This document shows, piece by piece, positions 18,247-29,030 of a DNA stretch of 64,000 nt; the stretch's first letter is position 1, and every line of letters starts with the position of its first letter. This DNA comes from Pirellulaceae bacterium. GTDB taxonomy: Bacteria > Planctomycetota > Planctomycetia > Pirellulales > Pirellulaceae. The translations under genes and the position numbers were made by a program. Location: the NCBI GenBank assembly GCA_029243025.1, contig JAQWSU010000018.1, forward strand, positions 25,558 through 89,557, in the 5' to 3' direction. The notes below the pieces were generated by a model. That model was not told the DNA's origin. It did not search any database and worked only from the letters and a program-made list of their open reading frames with translations.

Positions 18247-19170
18247 TCAAAATTGCCGATAAGGTTTCACCTTTACCACAAGATCTCTGAGTTGCTTTTC
18301 GCCGACCTTTCGATCGGTTGTCCGCCAGGTTTGAACGCCGTTTTCGGCAATCGAAATAGTTTCCATCGACGTGACAACTTGCCCGCCACGCAAGGCCTCT
18401 TGCGTCTTCACAGTCCACTTTCCATCCTGCTCGGCCCAAAGGCCAGTCACAATTCCCCCCTGTGAGTTGAAGGTCCACGATCGAATCTGCTCCCCGGGAG
18501 CATACCATCCGATCCACTGGGTTCCCGTATTTGTCACTTTACCATTCACGGTTGCGGTGAACTCACGAATCAAGAAGTTGTGGTTAATCGACCACCGGCA
18601 GGAGGTATGGATGATTGGGATGGGTTTTTGATCTTTTTTGCCGGTCAGGGGCAGGTCATCAATCCAGCGACCAAGCAGCCAATCAAGAGCCTTCAAGTGC
18701 TTGAAATTCGATGGCGGCAAAGGCGGTCCTTCGTGGACACTGTATAGCAGCCAGTCGCCTTGATGCTTCACATGGGTCGCCGTGTAATGCCCGCCGACCG
18801 CTTGATCACGACCGGGCAACGTGGTCGTAGTTGTCCCCATTTCGAGGGCCACATCCGGCTGCGGAAAACGAATCGATTCAATATTTATGTCGATTGACGC
18901 CCCCGCGTGCTCAGAAAACAGCTTCGTGAAGGCAGCGGCGATCGCTTCACGGCCACGCTGTACTTGTCCGGTTTGGTCAATATTTTCGCCGTGGGGAACC
19001 CAAAGGTTTGCAAGTGCCTTGGCATCACCCTGGTTAAAGGCCGCGCGAAAAGTGTTCGCACTGCTTCGAATCGCCTGCTCGTTTGAATCGTTACCTGAGC
19101 TTTGCCCGACCGTGACCGAGGTGACCAATAGAACGAGCCAAACGCCGCCACAAGAACTGATGCGACTCAT
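18247..19170 (-). CDS. SnoaL-like/DUF4440 (SgcJ/EcaC-family) domain protein with a second C-terminal beta-rich domain, secreted
   Basis: AIRSSANTFRAAFNQGDAKALANLWVPHGENIDQTGQVQRGREAIAAAFTKLFSEH matches the SgcJ/EcaC (NTF2-like) pattern. GGGAG lies upstream of the ATG at 19170. Signal-like MSRISSCGGVWLVLLVTSVTVGQ. The track start is 19206. Confidence 0.75.
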   Translation of the reverse strand: MSRISSCGGVWLVLLVTSVTVGQSSGNDSNEQAIRSSANTFRAAFNQGDAKALANLWVPHGENIDQTGQVQRGREAIAAAFTKLFSEHAGASIDINIESIRFPQPDVALEMGTTTTTLPGRDQAVGGHYTATHVKHQGDWLLYSVHEGPPLPPSNFKHLKALDWLLGRWIDDLPLTGKKDQKPIPIIHTSCRWSINHNFLIREFTATVNGKVTNTGTQWIGWYAPGEQIRSWTFNSQGGIVTGLWAEQDGKWTVKTQEALRGGQVVTSMETISIAENGVQTWRTTDRKVGEKQLRDLVVKVKPYRQF

Positions 19171-19809
19171 ACAACTATACTCCCGTGAACTGATAACTAG
19201 ACACAAACCAACGTGTCTCTAGTGTACGTCTCGAGTAAGAAAAAGCTGGCGTCCATTCTGTTCTGCGAAACATTTCCGACTGCCTGACAAACAAAATCGA
19301 GCTGGCAGCTTTCGCGACGATTCCTTGCGAACTCCCCATTCGCATGAACGGCAATCCAAATTGAAAATCAGAACTTTCCGAACGCAGATCGGAATAACAA
19401 AAGGAAAGATGACAACTCGAGGGTAGGAACCGAGTAGTCCTCGCCAGCGCAACAATCATTAAGATCGGAATGGTTATTGCTTCCGCCGTCGAAAACGGAG
19501 CAAGAAAGGTGCCGAACACGGACTCGCCCCCTATTTCAGTCTGCTTGATTTGGCAGAAGCGTTGGTTTCTCTTTTGCTGGTTCACCTATTGCGGCGGGCA
19601 TCTTGCCTTGGCCAACCGGTGGATCGACTCACATCAAGAAACAGCATCAGTCGGCAAATTCGTCGCAGGCACTTCTGAGATCTTCCTTTGCATGATCTGC
19701 CTCGCTCCTTTCCCCGGCCACCGATTCTGCCGGAGGTCGAAATACAATATGTTAGTAGTTTCGTCGATTGGAAGATGCAGTCCCATTGTCATGAAAAGGC
19801 GAGGCAGCG

Positions 19810-20202
19810 ATGGTCGAAACTGAACCGGTTCTTTACGAAGCTCACCCCTCGATGTTCCGCAACCATCCTTTTTATTTCATGCTTTGCCTTGTTTTGATCG
19901 CAGCGTACGGTCTTGGGTTAATCCTTCTGCTTATTTGGTGGATCAAATCATTGGGTACCACGCTCACCGTCACCAACGACCAGACAACACTCCGCAAAGG
20001 TATTTTGTCAAAGTTCACCAATGATGTGTTTCACAGCAACGTACGAAACATCCAAGTACGACAAACTTTTTTCCAGAGGATACTGAACGTGGGTTGGATT
20101 GGGATTTCCAGCGCGGGACAGGACGGCTTGGAAATCGAAATCAACGGCATACCGGATCCAGAAGCCGTCAAGCAGTTGATCGACGATCACCGCACAAAAT
20201 AG
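19810..20202 (+). CDS. Bacterial PH-domain (bPH_2/DUF304, YdbT-like) membrane protein
   Basis: EPVLYEAHPSMFRNHPFYFMLCLVLIAAYGLGLILLLIWWI (two TM segments), then LTVTNDQTTLRKGILSKFTNDVFHSNVRNIQVRQTFFQRILNVGWIGISSAG. Confidence 0.8.
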   Translation: MVETEPVLYEAHPSMFRNHPFYFMLCLVLIAAYGLGLILLLIWWIKSLGTTLTVTNDQTTLRKGILSKFTNDVFHSNVRNIQVRQTFFQRILNVGWIGISSAGQDGLEIEINGIPDPEAVKQLIDDHRTK

Positions 20203-20350
20203 ACGTCAAAAAATAGCGACTTTGGCGACAATTTTCCTGAGCACTTGCCGCTGCAGGACTACCACTCGTAACGCGACCCTGTAAATTAATGATTCGCCGG
20301 TCGGCAAGGTGATCGACTGGATGACGCTACTATGGTGAGTCGAGACACAC

Positions 20351-21301
20351 ATGGACAAACATGTCTTTTGCGGATGCATACCGGCATTAATGACTCCCTG
20401 CAACGCGGATCGCACTCCGAACTTCACGGCCTTGGTCGCGAAAGCTCAACAGTTAATCGCGTCGGGAATGACGGCGGTTGTCTACTGTGGATCCATGGGC
20501 GATTGGCCACTGCTGACAGACGAACAACGCAAAGAAGGTGTGCATCAACTCGTCGAAGCGGGCATACCCGTCATCGTTGGAACAGGGGCGCAAAACACGA
20601 CGCGCGCAACGGACCATGCAGCACACGCTCAGAAAGTGGGTGCCCAAGGACTGATGGTCATTCCGCGTCTGTTATCTCGAGGCACGTCCCCAGCAGCCCA
20701 AAAGCAACATTTTTCGAGTATTCTGTCGGCGGCTCCCGATCTACCGGCAGTCATCTACAACAGTCCCTACTACGGATTCGAAACTCGAGCCGATCTATTC
20801 TTTGATGTACGGCGTTCATTCCCGAACTTGGTTGGGTTTAAAGAATTTGGTGGCCGAGACGCATTGAGTTATGCAGCCGAGCACATCACTCACGCCGATC
20901 CAGATCTGGTGTTGATGGCCGGCGTCGACACTCAGGTATTTCACGGTTTCCTTCGCTGCGGCGCTCGAGGTGCCATCACGGGAATTGGCAACTGTTTGCC
21001 GAACGAAGTTTTACGACTGATCGGCCTATGTAACTTAGCCGTCGCCGGTGACGAAGAGGCGCGAAAATTGGCTGAGGAGCTTGAGCAAGCACTGGAAATC
21101 CTTTCCACCTTCGACGAAGGTCCTGACCTTGTGCTTTATTACAAGCACCTCCTCGTTTTATTAGGTGAATTGGAATATGAATACCATTTCAATCCAAGTG
21201 ACGAATTGAGTCCGAGCCAGAAACGATTCGCAGAAATGCAACTTCAGTTGTTCCAAAATTGGTGGGCGACTTGGCCGGGAGCAACCGTCGCCACCGCATA
21301 G
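20351..21301 (+). CDS. Dihydrodipicolinate synthase/N-acetylneuraminate lyase family protein
   Basis: 316 aa: IPALMTPCNADRTPNF...AVVYCGSMGDWPLLTDEQRKEG...VIVGTGAQNT...VIYNSPYYGFETRADL. The specific substrate cannot be called. Confidence 0.85.
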   Translation: MDKHVFCGCIPALMTPCNADRTPNFTALVAKAQQLIASGMTAVVYCGSMGDWPLLTDEQRKEGVHQLVEAGIPVIVGTGAQNTTRATDHAAHAQKVGAQGLMVIPRLLSRGTSPAAQKQHFSSILSAAPDLPAVIYNSPYYGFETRADLFFDVRRSFPNLVGFKEFGGRDALSYAAEHITHADPDLVLMAGVDTQVFHGFLRCGARGAITGIGNCLPNEVLRLIGLCNLAVAGDEEARKLAEELEQALEILSTFDEGPDLVLYYKHLLVLLGELEYEYHFNPSDELSPSQKRFAEMQLQLFQNWWATWPGATVATA

Positions 21302-21690
21302 CCCGCGACCACCAACTCGCCGATCCACAACTTGCTCAGCGCCCTCAGCCCGACCTCGCAGCGTCTGGGACTCCAATTCCCACAACAGGACCCGCCCGGC
21401 TCTCCTCGCTAATCTGCCAGCGGGTCGATCGGCATTCTCGATCTTGAACGGCTGTGCCGGCACTTAGTGTTGAGCAGCGATTGATAGTTCAGAATGCGAC
21501 TTGCACACTCCCTGCGTTTCCTCCGATCGCATAGTTTCTGTATCAAACCCTCATATTCAACCATCGGCTCCAGCTGCCGATTCAGCGTCATCCTTGCGAC
21601 TATCGAGAGAAAAATGATTGCCAAATAGCTCTTTTTCTCGCTAGAATCATAGTACGTTCAGTCCTGTGAACGAACCAGGAGACAAGAGCG

Positions 21691-23007
21691 ATGAAGCGAC
21701 GTAACTTTCTTACTCAAACGGCAGTGGCCGCCGGTCTATCGGTCACTCTACCATCGACAGCATCAAGCTCGTTAACCAATGATCGAATTACGATCGCCAT
21801 GATTGGGGTGCGTGGTCGAGGCAACAGCGTCCTCAAAGCGTTTACGGAAAATCCCCAGGTCGATGTCAAGTATATCTGTGACGTCGATGAAACGGTTCTA
21901 CAACGTCGAACGACTGAATTGATTAAACGAACAGGTCGTCCGACAGAAGCCGTAAACGATTTCCGTAGGTGCATTGACGACCCGGCCGTCAACGCGATTG
22001 TGCTGGCAACGCCCACTCACTGGCATGCAATCCCAACCATCATGGCATGCCAAGCGGGCAAGGATGTCTATGTAGAAAAACCTGATGCGCATAATGCCGT
22101 CGAAGGACGCTTAATGGTGAAAGCAGCCAAGCAGCACGAACGGATTATCCAGCTGGGCACCCAATCTCGCAGCGGCCAATTTTTTCAAGACATGGTGCAA
22201 TTCATGAAAGAGGGTAAGATTGGCCGCCCGTTATTTGCCAAGGCGTGGGAAAGCTGTCGGCAAGGCTCACTCGGCCACCCACCTGACAGCTCCCCACCCG
22301 CGGGTGTTGACTACGACATGTGGCTCGGCCCGGCGCCAAAACGAACATTTAATCCGATGAGATTTCACGGTAACTGGCGTTGGTTCTTTGACTACGGCGC
22401 GGGTGATTTAGGAAACGACGGTGTTCATCGGTTAGACACCACTCGCTGGGCTTTCGAAGCCGCTTTGAAGGGCGCCAACCAACCCGCACTGGGCTCTCTG
22501 CAAGCCATTTCGGCACATGGCGGAAAGTGCTATTTCGATGACATCCAGGAATGGCCTGACAACTTGATGATTACCTACGACTACGGCCAAGGACGCATCA
22601 TGACCTACGAAATGCGTCTTTGGAGCCCCTATCCGTTAGAAGGAGAGACCGAAGGTGGAGCGGTTTACGGTGACGAAGGCTATGTCATCATCGGAAATAA
22701 TCGCTGGCGTGCTTTTGAAAAAGGCGGCAAGCTCGTTAAGGAACAGGCCGGGAGTTACCACGGCAATGATGTTTCACACGTGAATAATTTTCTGGATTGC
22801 ATGCGCAGCCGGACGAAGCCCAACGCAGACTTGGAGACTATCGGCCATCCGTCGAGCCTGATGTGCCACCTAGGCAACGCAGCTTGGCGTGTGGGTCGAA
22901 CCATTCGCTTTGATGCCGAGACCTATACTTGCAGCGATGACCCAACGGCAAATCAATTCTTGACGCGGCCAAAATACCGTAAACCGTGGACCCTTCCGAG
23001 CGTTTAG
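21691..23007 (+). CDS. Gfo/Idh/MocA-family oxidoreductase with a Tat signal
   Basis: MKRRNFLTQTAVAAGLSV (twin-arginine signal). ITIAMIGVRGRGNSVLKAF...VKYICDVDE is a Rossmann fold. ATPTHWHA...GKDVYVEKP is the family motif. Confidence 0.9.
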   Translation: MKRRNFLTQTAVAAGLSVTLPSTASSSLTNDRITIAMIGVRGRGNSVLKAFTENPQVDVKYICDVDETVLQRRTTELIKRTGRPTEAVNDFRRCIDDPAVNAIVLATPTHWHAIPTIMACQAGKDVYVEKPDAHNAVEGRLMVKAAKQHERIIQLGTQSRSGQFFQDMVQFMKEGKIGRPLFAKAWESCRQGSLGHPPDSSPPAGVDYDMWLGPAPKRTFNPMRFHGNWRWFFDYGAGDLGNDGVHRLDTTRWAFEAALKGANQPALGSLQAISAHGGKCYFDDIQEWPDNLMITYDYGQGRIMTYEMRLWSPYPLEGETEGGAVYGDEGYVIIGNNRWRAFEKGGKLVKEQAGSYHGNDVSHVNNFLDCMRSRTKPNADLETIGHPSSLMCHLGNAAWRVGRTIRFDAETYTCSDDPTANQFLTRPKYRKPWTLPSV

Positions 23008-23245
23008 GCAGGCTGGATCAAGGGCCTGGATGGCTCCAATGAAACAAATCCTGGCAAGTGATTCGCGTCACCTACCTCGGCGAGGTTCATGGGACGGCAC
23101 GGTTCCTTTCAACAAAGAGCTTCTGATGGCGACTCGGTTGGCAGCCAGCAGACAAGCCAACAATTCTTACCGTGCTGGGCAAGCTCGCGTTGAACTAAAC
23201 GTCTCGTTACACCAGAATAGCGTCTCTCCCAAAACGAGCCCTTGA

Positions 23246-24505
23246 TTGGCGCACGAGTTGCCCCGATCTGCTAGGAGCATTGCCCCGTTGTTAACTGAAA
23301 TCGCCATTCTGATCCTTACCTCGCTGCTAGGAAATTTCATCTTCCTTCAATGTGGCTTGCCGGGAATCCTGGGAATGATCGGAGCAGGCGTGCTACTCGG
23401 TCCAAGTGGTTTCAACTTATTGAGCGCCGAAGTGCTCATGCTATTGACGGAGTTCAAAACGGTCGCATTGATCGTGATTCTGATCCGTGCAGGCCTGGGA
23501 ATCAGCAAAGAAACTCTGAACCGGATCGGCGGTCCTGCCATCCGAATGGGATTTGTGCCCTGCCTAGCCGAGGGCACAATCATCACGCTGGCAGCCCATT
23601 GGTTACTCGATCTCCCATGCTTCGAAGCTGGCATGTTGGGATTTATCGTTGCTGCCGTATCTCCCGCGGTCGTCGTCCCGCAAATGCTTGAGCTGAAAGA
23701 AAATGGCTTCGGAAAGAAAAAAGAAGTTCCGACACTGATTTTGGCTGGCGCTTCGGTGGACGATGTGTTCGCGATTACGATTTTTGGAGCCTTTACCAGC
23801 CTTGCGACCGGCGTTTCCGCCAACTGGCTCAGACTCGCGATCAGTCTTCCAGCTGGGATCCTAATTGGCGCCGGCATCGGTATCCTGATCGGTTACCTGC
23901 TCGTTTGGTTCTTCAAACGATATCATTTGCGAGATACCAAGAAGATCATTCTCTTCATGATCATTGCAGTCGCTTTTTACGATCTTTGCGAGTCCCCCCA
24001 AGTCCAAGCAATCGTACCCATCACTGCCCTACTGGGCATCATGGCAATCGGATTTGTAATACTTGAACGCTACGACACACTCGCCAATCGCTTGGCGTCA
24101 AAGTTTCAAAAGATTTGGGTGCTGGCGGAAATTTTGCTATTCGCCTATATCGGTGCCGAAGTACAGCTTCGTGAACTGACGACTGGTATTGTCGGCGTTG
24201 GCCTGCTGATTCTGGCGATCGGGCTGGTGGCTCGCAGTGGTGGAGTTTGGGTTTCCCTTCTCGGCTCTCAATTGAATAGCCGAGAACGCATTTTCTGCAT
24301 GATTTCCTACCTCCCCAAAGCCACCGTGCAAGCGGCCATGGGCGCAGTCCCACTATCGATGGTCCTGGATGGCAAAATGACCAGCATGACCGCAGCCAGT
24401 GGCAAGACAATTCTTGCCATCGCAGTGCTGAGCATCGTCGTGACGGCGCCCCTTGGTGCAATTGGAGTCAAGATCTCAGGCCCAAGGCTCTTAAAAAAGG
24501 ACTGA
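23246..24505 (+). CDS. Cation:proton antiporter (Na+/H+ exchanger family)
   Basis: 419 aa, polytopic, TTG start. ILGMIGAGVLLGPSGFNLL...LILIRAGLGIS is typical of CPA-type exchangers. Confidence 0.85.
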   Translation: MAHELPRSARSIAPLLTEIAILILTSLLGNFIFLQCGLPGILGMIGAGVLLGPSGFNLLSAEVLMLLTEFKTVALIVILIRAGLGISKETLNRIGGPAIRMGFVPCLAEGTIITLAAHWLLDLPCFEAGMLGFIVAAVSPAVVVPQMLELKENGFGKKKEVPTLILAGASVDDVFAITIFGAFTSLATGVSANWLRLAISLPAGILIGAGIGILIGYLLVWFFKRYHLRDTKKIILFMIIAVAFYDLCESPQVQAIVPITALLGIMAIGFVILERYDTLANRLASKFQKIWVLAEILLFAYIGAEVQLRELTTGIVGVGLLILAIGLVARSGGVWVSLLGSQLNSRERIFCMISYLPKATVQAAMGAVPLSMVLDGKMTSMTAASGKTILAIAVLSIVVTAPLGAIGVKISGPRLLKKD

Positions 24506-24623
24506 CCACCGTGTTAGCAGTCACCCTGAGCGGACTTGCCAGAGTGACTAATTTGCGACAAGATCTGGACACCTCCAACAACATCATGCATCGGAGTGGC
24601 ATTAAACGGGACAGGAATTCAAC

Positions 24624-25429
24624 GTGAAATTCATTCGATACCACGATTCATCTGGCGTTACTCACTTTGGTTGCCAACATACCGACGGCAGAACAACACG
24701 CATCGACGGCGACCTTTTCGGCGAATATTCCGATTCAGGTAGTCCGGCTGATATCTCCAAACCGTTAGCGCCACTCGTGCCAACTGACATTCTCTGCATC
24801 GGACTCAACTACGCTCGTCACGCAGCAGAAGGCAACCAAACACTCCCAGACTATCCAATCCTATTCATGAAAAATATCGGTGCTCTGCAGAATCCGGGCG
24901 ACCCAATCGTCATCCCGCAGACACTCCAATGTAAAAAAGTTGACTTTGAATGTGAACTGGCCGTAGTCATTGGAAAAGAATGTCTCAATGTGTCTGCCGA
25001 CGACGCGTTGAATCACGTACTCGGATACACCTGTGCACACGACGTCAGCGAACATCATTGGCAAATGAACGGTGGAGGAGGTCAATGGTGTCGAGCAAAG
25101 ACATTTGCACCTTTTGTCCGCTGGGCCCCTGCGTCGTCACCGCGGATGAAATCCCTGATCCCCAGACACTTTCGATCAAGACAACCATTAATGGCGAGAT
25201 CATGCAAGACTGGACCACAAGTGACATGATCTTTCCAGTCGCAAAGCTCATCGAATTTCTCAGCGCAAGTACACGCCTGTTGCCCGGCACCGTAATCCTG
25301 ACAGGAACACCTCATGGTATTGGAGCCGGAAGAACTCCACCTATTTTCCTCAAACCGGGTGAGAGTGTAACGATTTCCATTGAAAAGATTGGTGACTTAG
25401 TAAACCCGGTTGTCGCCGAATCACATTAA
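24624..25429 (+). pseudogene. Fumarylacetoacetate hydrolase (FAH) family gene interrupted by a frameshift (apparent 1-nt deletion near 25107/25108)
   Basis: Two overlapping track ORFs, 24624-25229 and 24980-25429, carry the N- and C-terminal halves of one FAH-family protein. The first gives ...GLNYARHAAE...DFECELAVVIGK...GGGQWCRAKTF and then runs out of frame. The second gives ...TFCPLGPCVVTADEIPDP...INGEIMQDWTTSDMIFPVAKLIEFLS...LPGTVILTGTPHGIG. Inserting one A after g25107 restores RAKTFDTFCPLGP, the family consensus. Confidence 0.8.
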
Positions 25430-25563
25430 CAGCGCGTCAAATGCTGGACTTAATGCTCTTTCTCTGATTGTGATCAATCCGGCAACGATCACGGGCTAAT
25501 TCAAGAAAACTCGTGTTCGTGACGACGACGTGAATCGAAAACAACAAATCTAGGACCCTAAGA

Positions 25564-27210
25564 ATGACGACACCCCAACCTTCGCTGACAACCTTGCCGG
25601 CTTGGCAATCACTCGCTGCTCATCACCGCGAAATCAAAGATGTCCACCTTCGTTCGCTCTTCAAAGATGATCCGCAACGTGGGCTTCGTTTTACAACGGA
25701 GTTCGGTGGATTGTTTCTAGACTACTCAAAAAATCGCATTACCGACGAAACCGTCAAACTGCTCACAAAGCTTGCCGAAGAAGTCGGACTTCGAGAACGA
25801 ATTGATGCTATGTACCGCGGTGACAAAATCAATGTCACCGAAAACCGATCTGTTTTGCACATTGCATTACGGACACCACGCGAAAAATCAATTGTCGTGG
25901 AGGGCCAGGACATCGTACCCGAGGTGCATGCGGTGCTCGACAAAATGGCGGATTTTTGTCGGCGATTGCGCAGCAGTGACTGGAAAGGTCACACAGGGAA
26001 ACCGATTCGCAACGTCGTCAACATTGGCATCGGCGGTTCTGATCTTGGCCCCGTCATGGCTTATGAAGCATTACGATCCTACAGCCAACGAAGCCTAACC
26101 TTCCGATTTGTGTCCAACGTTGATGGAACGGATTTTTTCGAAGCAACTCATGATCTCAACCCGGAGGAGACACTCTTCGTCGTTGCCTCGAAGACTTTTA
26201 CGACCTTGGAAACGATGACCAACGCCCAGAGTGCCCGAGATTGGTTATTGAAAGGACTTCACGGAGACAAAGCGGCAGTCGCCAAACATTTTGTGGCCGT
26301 TTCGACGAACGCTGAAAAAGTTGCCGATTTCGGCATCGACACAGCAAACATGTTTGAGTTCTGGGATTGGGTCGGTGGACGATACTCGATGGATTCGGCA
26401 ATTGGCCTCTCAACCATGCTGGCCATCGGTCCGGAAAATTTCCACGAAATGCTGCAAGGATTCCATGAGATGGACGAGCATTTTCGTTCCGCACCTTTTG
26501 AACAGAACCTTCCCGTTCTAATGGCCCTACTAACCGTTTGGTACGCCAATTTCTTCGATGCTCAATCTGTCGCTGTGCTACCGTACGAACAATACCTGAA
26601 ACGGTTTCCAGCTTATCTGCAACAGTTGACAATGGAAAGCAATGGAAAACGCGTCACCATGGACGGCGATCCAGTCGCTGTTGACACCGGACCAATTTAC
26701 TGGGGCGAGCCAGGGACAAACGGGCAACACTCCTTTTACCAGTTGATCCATCAAGGTACGCGGCTGATACCCTGCGACTTCATCGCATTCGCACATCCGG
26801 TGAATCCGATCGGGCGACATCACGCCATGCTGATCTCCAATGTACTGGCCCAAGCAGAAGCTTTGGCTTTCGGTAAGACCGCCGACGAAGTCCGAGATGA
26901 AGGTACACCTGATTGGTTAGTGCCCCACCGAGTGTTTGAAGGAAATCGCCCATCAAATACATTGTTTGCTGACCAATTAACTCCTAATGTGCTGGGAAAG
27001 CTCGTAGCGTTGTACGAACACTCGGTATTCACTCAAGGTGTCATTTGGAATGTGGATTCGTTCGATCAGTGGGGCGTTGAATTAGGCAAGGTCCTCGCAC
27101 AACGTATCATTCCGGAACTTGAAAGCGAGCAAGATCTTGATCTGAACCACGATACCTCCACGAATCATCTGATCGAACGATATCGAAGCATCAGACGAAT
27201 CTCAAAGTAG
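25564..27210 (+). CDS. pgi: Glucose-6-phosphate isomerase
   Basis: 548 aa: [14 protein letters not shown]...[13 protein letters not shown]...[15 protein letters not shown]...[12 protein letters not shown]...[18 protein letters not shown]...QWGVELGK. All are classical PGI signatures. Confidence 0.97.
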   Translation: MTTPQPSLTTLPAWQSLAAHHREIKDVHLRSLFKDDPQRGLRFTTEFGGLFLDYSKNRITDETVKLLTKLAEEVGLRERIDAMYRGDKINVTENRSVLHIALRTPREKSIVVEGQDIVPEVHAVLDKMADFCRRLRSSDWKGHTGKPIRNVVNIGIGGSDLGPVMAYEALRSYSQRSLTFRFVSNVDGTDFFEATHDLNPEETLFVVASKTFTTLETMTNAQSARDWLLKGLHGDKAAVAKHFVAVSTNAEKVADFGIDTANMFEFWDWVGGRYSMDSAIGLSTMLAIGPENFHEMLQGFHEMDEHFRSAPFEQNLPVLMALLTVWYANFFDAQSVAVLPYEQYLKRFPAYLQQLTMESNGKRVTMDGDPVAVDTGPIYWGEPGTNGQHSFYQLIHQGTRLIPCDFIAFAHPVNPIGRHHAMLISNVLAQAEALAFGKTADEVRDEGTPDWLVPHRVFEGNRPSNTLFADQLTPNVLGKLVALYEHSVFTQGVIWNVDSFDQWGVELGKVLAQRIIPELESEQDLDLNHDTSTNHLIERYRSIRRISK

Positions 27211-27502
27211 GCAAATCATCGTCGAAGAGGCTTTTCGAAGCACGACTCCTGCCACTGAAAATCAGGAACAAAGATTTGCCGGTTCAAATCGGCCTGAGCG
27301 ATCCTAGCCCACGCCGCAGATCCCCCCCCGTGGTTCGCTGCTCTTTTGAATGCAACGGACAGGGACGTGATTTCTTCCAGCGAGCTTGTTCAGCCTGCAG
27401 AAACTCGCTTGACAAAATGACCGGCCAATCTAGCGTTACGCTGAACACGTCCGTTTGTGCCTATCACCTTTCGCACTCAAGATTAGACCAAACCACAAAT
27501 CT

Positions 27503-28405
27503 ATGTTCTCGATCAGAAGAATGTCGCGTCATTTCACCGGATCGATGGTGTTTGAACAAACAATTCTGGCAACGGTTCTTATCCTGGCGGCCCTGGCGAT
27601 CATTGGATCAATCGGGGATTTGACCGCCGTTACCATACGTACCGTCGACATAAGTCCTACCTCTGCCAACATGAGGGCCGATTCGTCCGATCCACCATCG
27701 GGAGTGGTCCCGTACGACAAGTCCACCTTTCTGCGCAATTCCCGACCCGCGTGGACCAGCGTACTTAATTGCCTTTCACTGGCTATTGCGTTGGCTTGGC
27801 TGGTTCTCCGTGAGCGTCAACGAAAGATGAGATCACCCCGCCGATTGTCAACGGATTGTGCCGACTCCGTCAGTAACCGAGTCGCAATGAAACGTCAACG
27901 AACGTGCCGTCGTCTTTATAACAACACTGCAATGTTAATGACCGGCGACATCGAAATACGCCAAATCATGACGCGGACACCTGAGACGATGCGCCCAGGG
28001 GATACGATTGAACGGGCACGGCAAATGTTCGAGAAACAAGCGGCCGACTATCTTGTCGTTTCTAAGCCGAATGGCACGCTCGTCGGCCTTCTGAGTCGCT
28101 ACTACATTGCTCGCACGAAAGCGAAACGAGTCTCAGATGCCATGTTGCCGAGACCATTTTACGTTTCGATGGATACAATGCTTAGCCCCACAGTGACGCA
28201 AATGCTAAACGAAGGTGTCTCTTGCGTCGCCGTCGTTGAAAACCATCGAGTCATCGGCATCGTTACCACCCAGGACATTCAATTAACTTTCCAAGCCGTG
28301 CTGCACGTCCTGGCGAAGAAGTCAAATGAAATTCAGTTGACGGACGGAATTGCCGCCTGCCTTGGAGAAGAGCAATCAAACTATCAGTCTTCTTCGCCAA
28401 AATGA
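27503..28405 (+). CDS. Membrane-anchored CBS-domain pair protein
   Basis: TM segment FEQTILATVLILAALAIIGSIG. Two CBS motifs: IRQIMTRTPETMRPGDTIERARQMFEKQAADYLVVSKPNGTLVGLLS and VSDAMLPRPFYVSMDTML...GVSCVAVVENHRVIGIVTTQDI. The start is uncertain: TTG 27455, ATG 27503 or ATG 27521. Confidence 0.8.
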   Translation: MFSIRRMSRHFTGSMVFEQTILATVLILAALAIIGSIGDLTAVTIRTVDISPTSANMRADSSDPPSGVVPYDKSTFLRNSRPAWTSVLNCLSLAIALAWLVLRERQRKMRSPRRLSTDCADSVSNRVAMKRQRTCRRLYNNTAMLMTGDIEIRQIMTRTPETMRPGDTIERARQMFEKQAADYLVVSKPNGTLVGLLSRYYIARTKAKRVSDAMLPRPFYVSMDTMLSPTVTQMLNEGVSCVAVVENHRVIGIVTTQDIQLTFQAVLHVLAKKSNEIQLTDGIAACLGEEQSNYQSSSPK

Positions 28406-29030
28406 CTACCGATCGACTCGACCACCGCATCCTGCTTGCTTCACAACCATGAGAGGCATTCGCCATGCGGTCACTCGGAAACCTGCATGATGGAGACAGG
28501 AGCTCTCCATCATCGGTTTTGTCGTCCCGGCAATGGACAAAACACTCGGTTCGTCAGTGTGCGATGCCCCCTTTTCATCACGTTCCCGGTTCAACTTGGC
28601 AGACTTGCTAATCCCCGACAACTGCACTAGCATTCTGGACTTGTTTACCGTCCCGATGCAATGGAAACGCCGTGAAACGATCAAAGCTTCTGCCACAGCC
28701 CAATTTGTTCTCACGAAAAAACCAGCTCAAATCCAGCAGAACACCCAAACGAGCAAAGCTTTGCAACGTTTTCCATCAGAGATAAATACAATTTCCAGTA
28801 TCGGTGGAATTGTTCCGAGCCAAGAACTTCCGATATTCTGTGTCTGGCTCCAACGATCGTTTCCTGCTACAAATGACCGCCTAAGGCTTCAGCAGCAATT
28901 TCCCTACGGCGCAGATTGTTACGATGAAGAGTGAATTAGATCGGTTGTTTTGATTCGTTGATAAAATAAGTGACATCCCGTGTTTGCGAAATCTGAATTC
29001 CGCTAAATCCCCACGAGAGAAGGACATAAA

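Noticed and set aside
27322-27329. C8 homopolymer upstream of the CBS-domain gene. A C7/G7 tract also lies inside the GT-C gene at 34844-34850.
   Set aside because: Both could be slipped-strand phase-variation tracts, but they are short single tracts. The coding tract is in frame (encoding GG), and there is no evidence of variation from one sequence.
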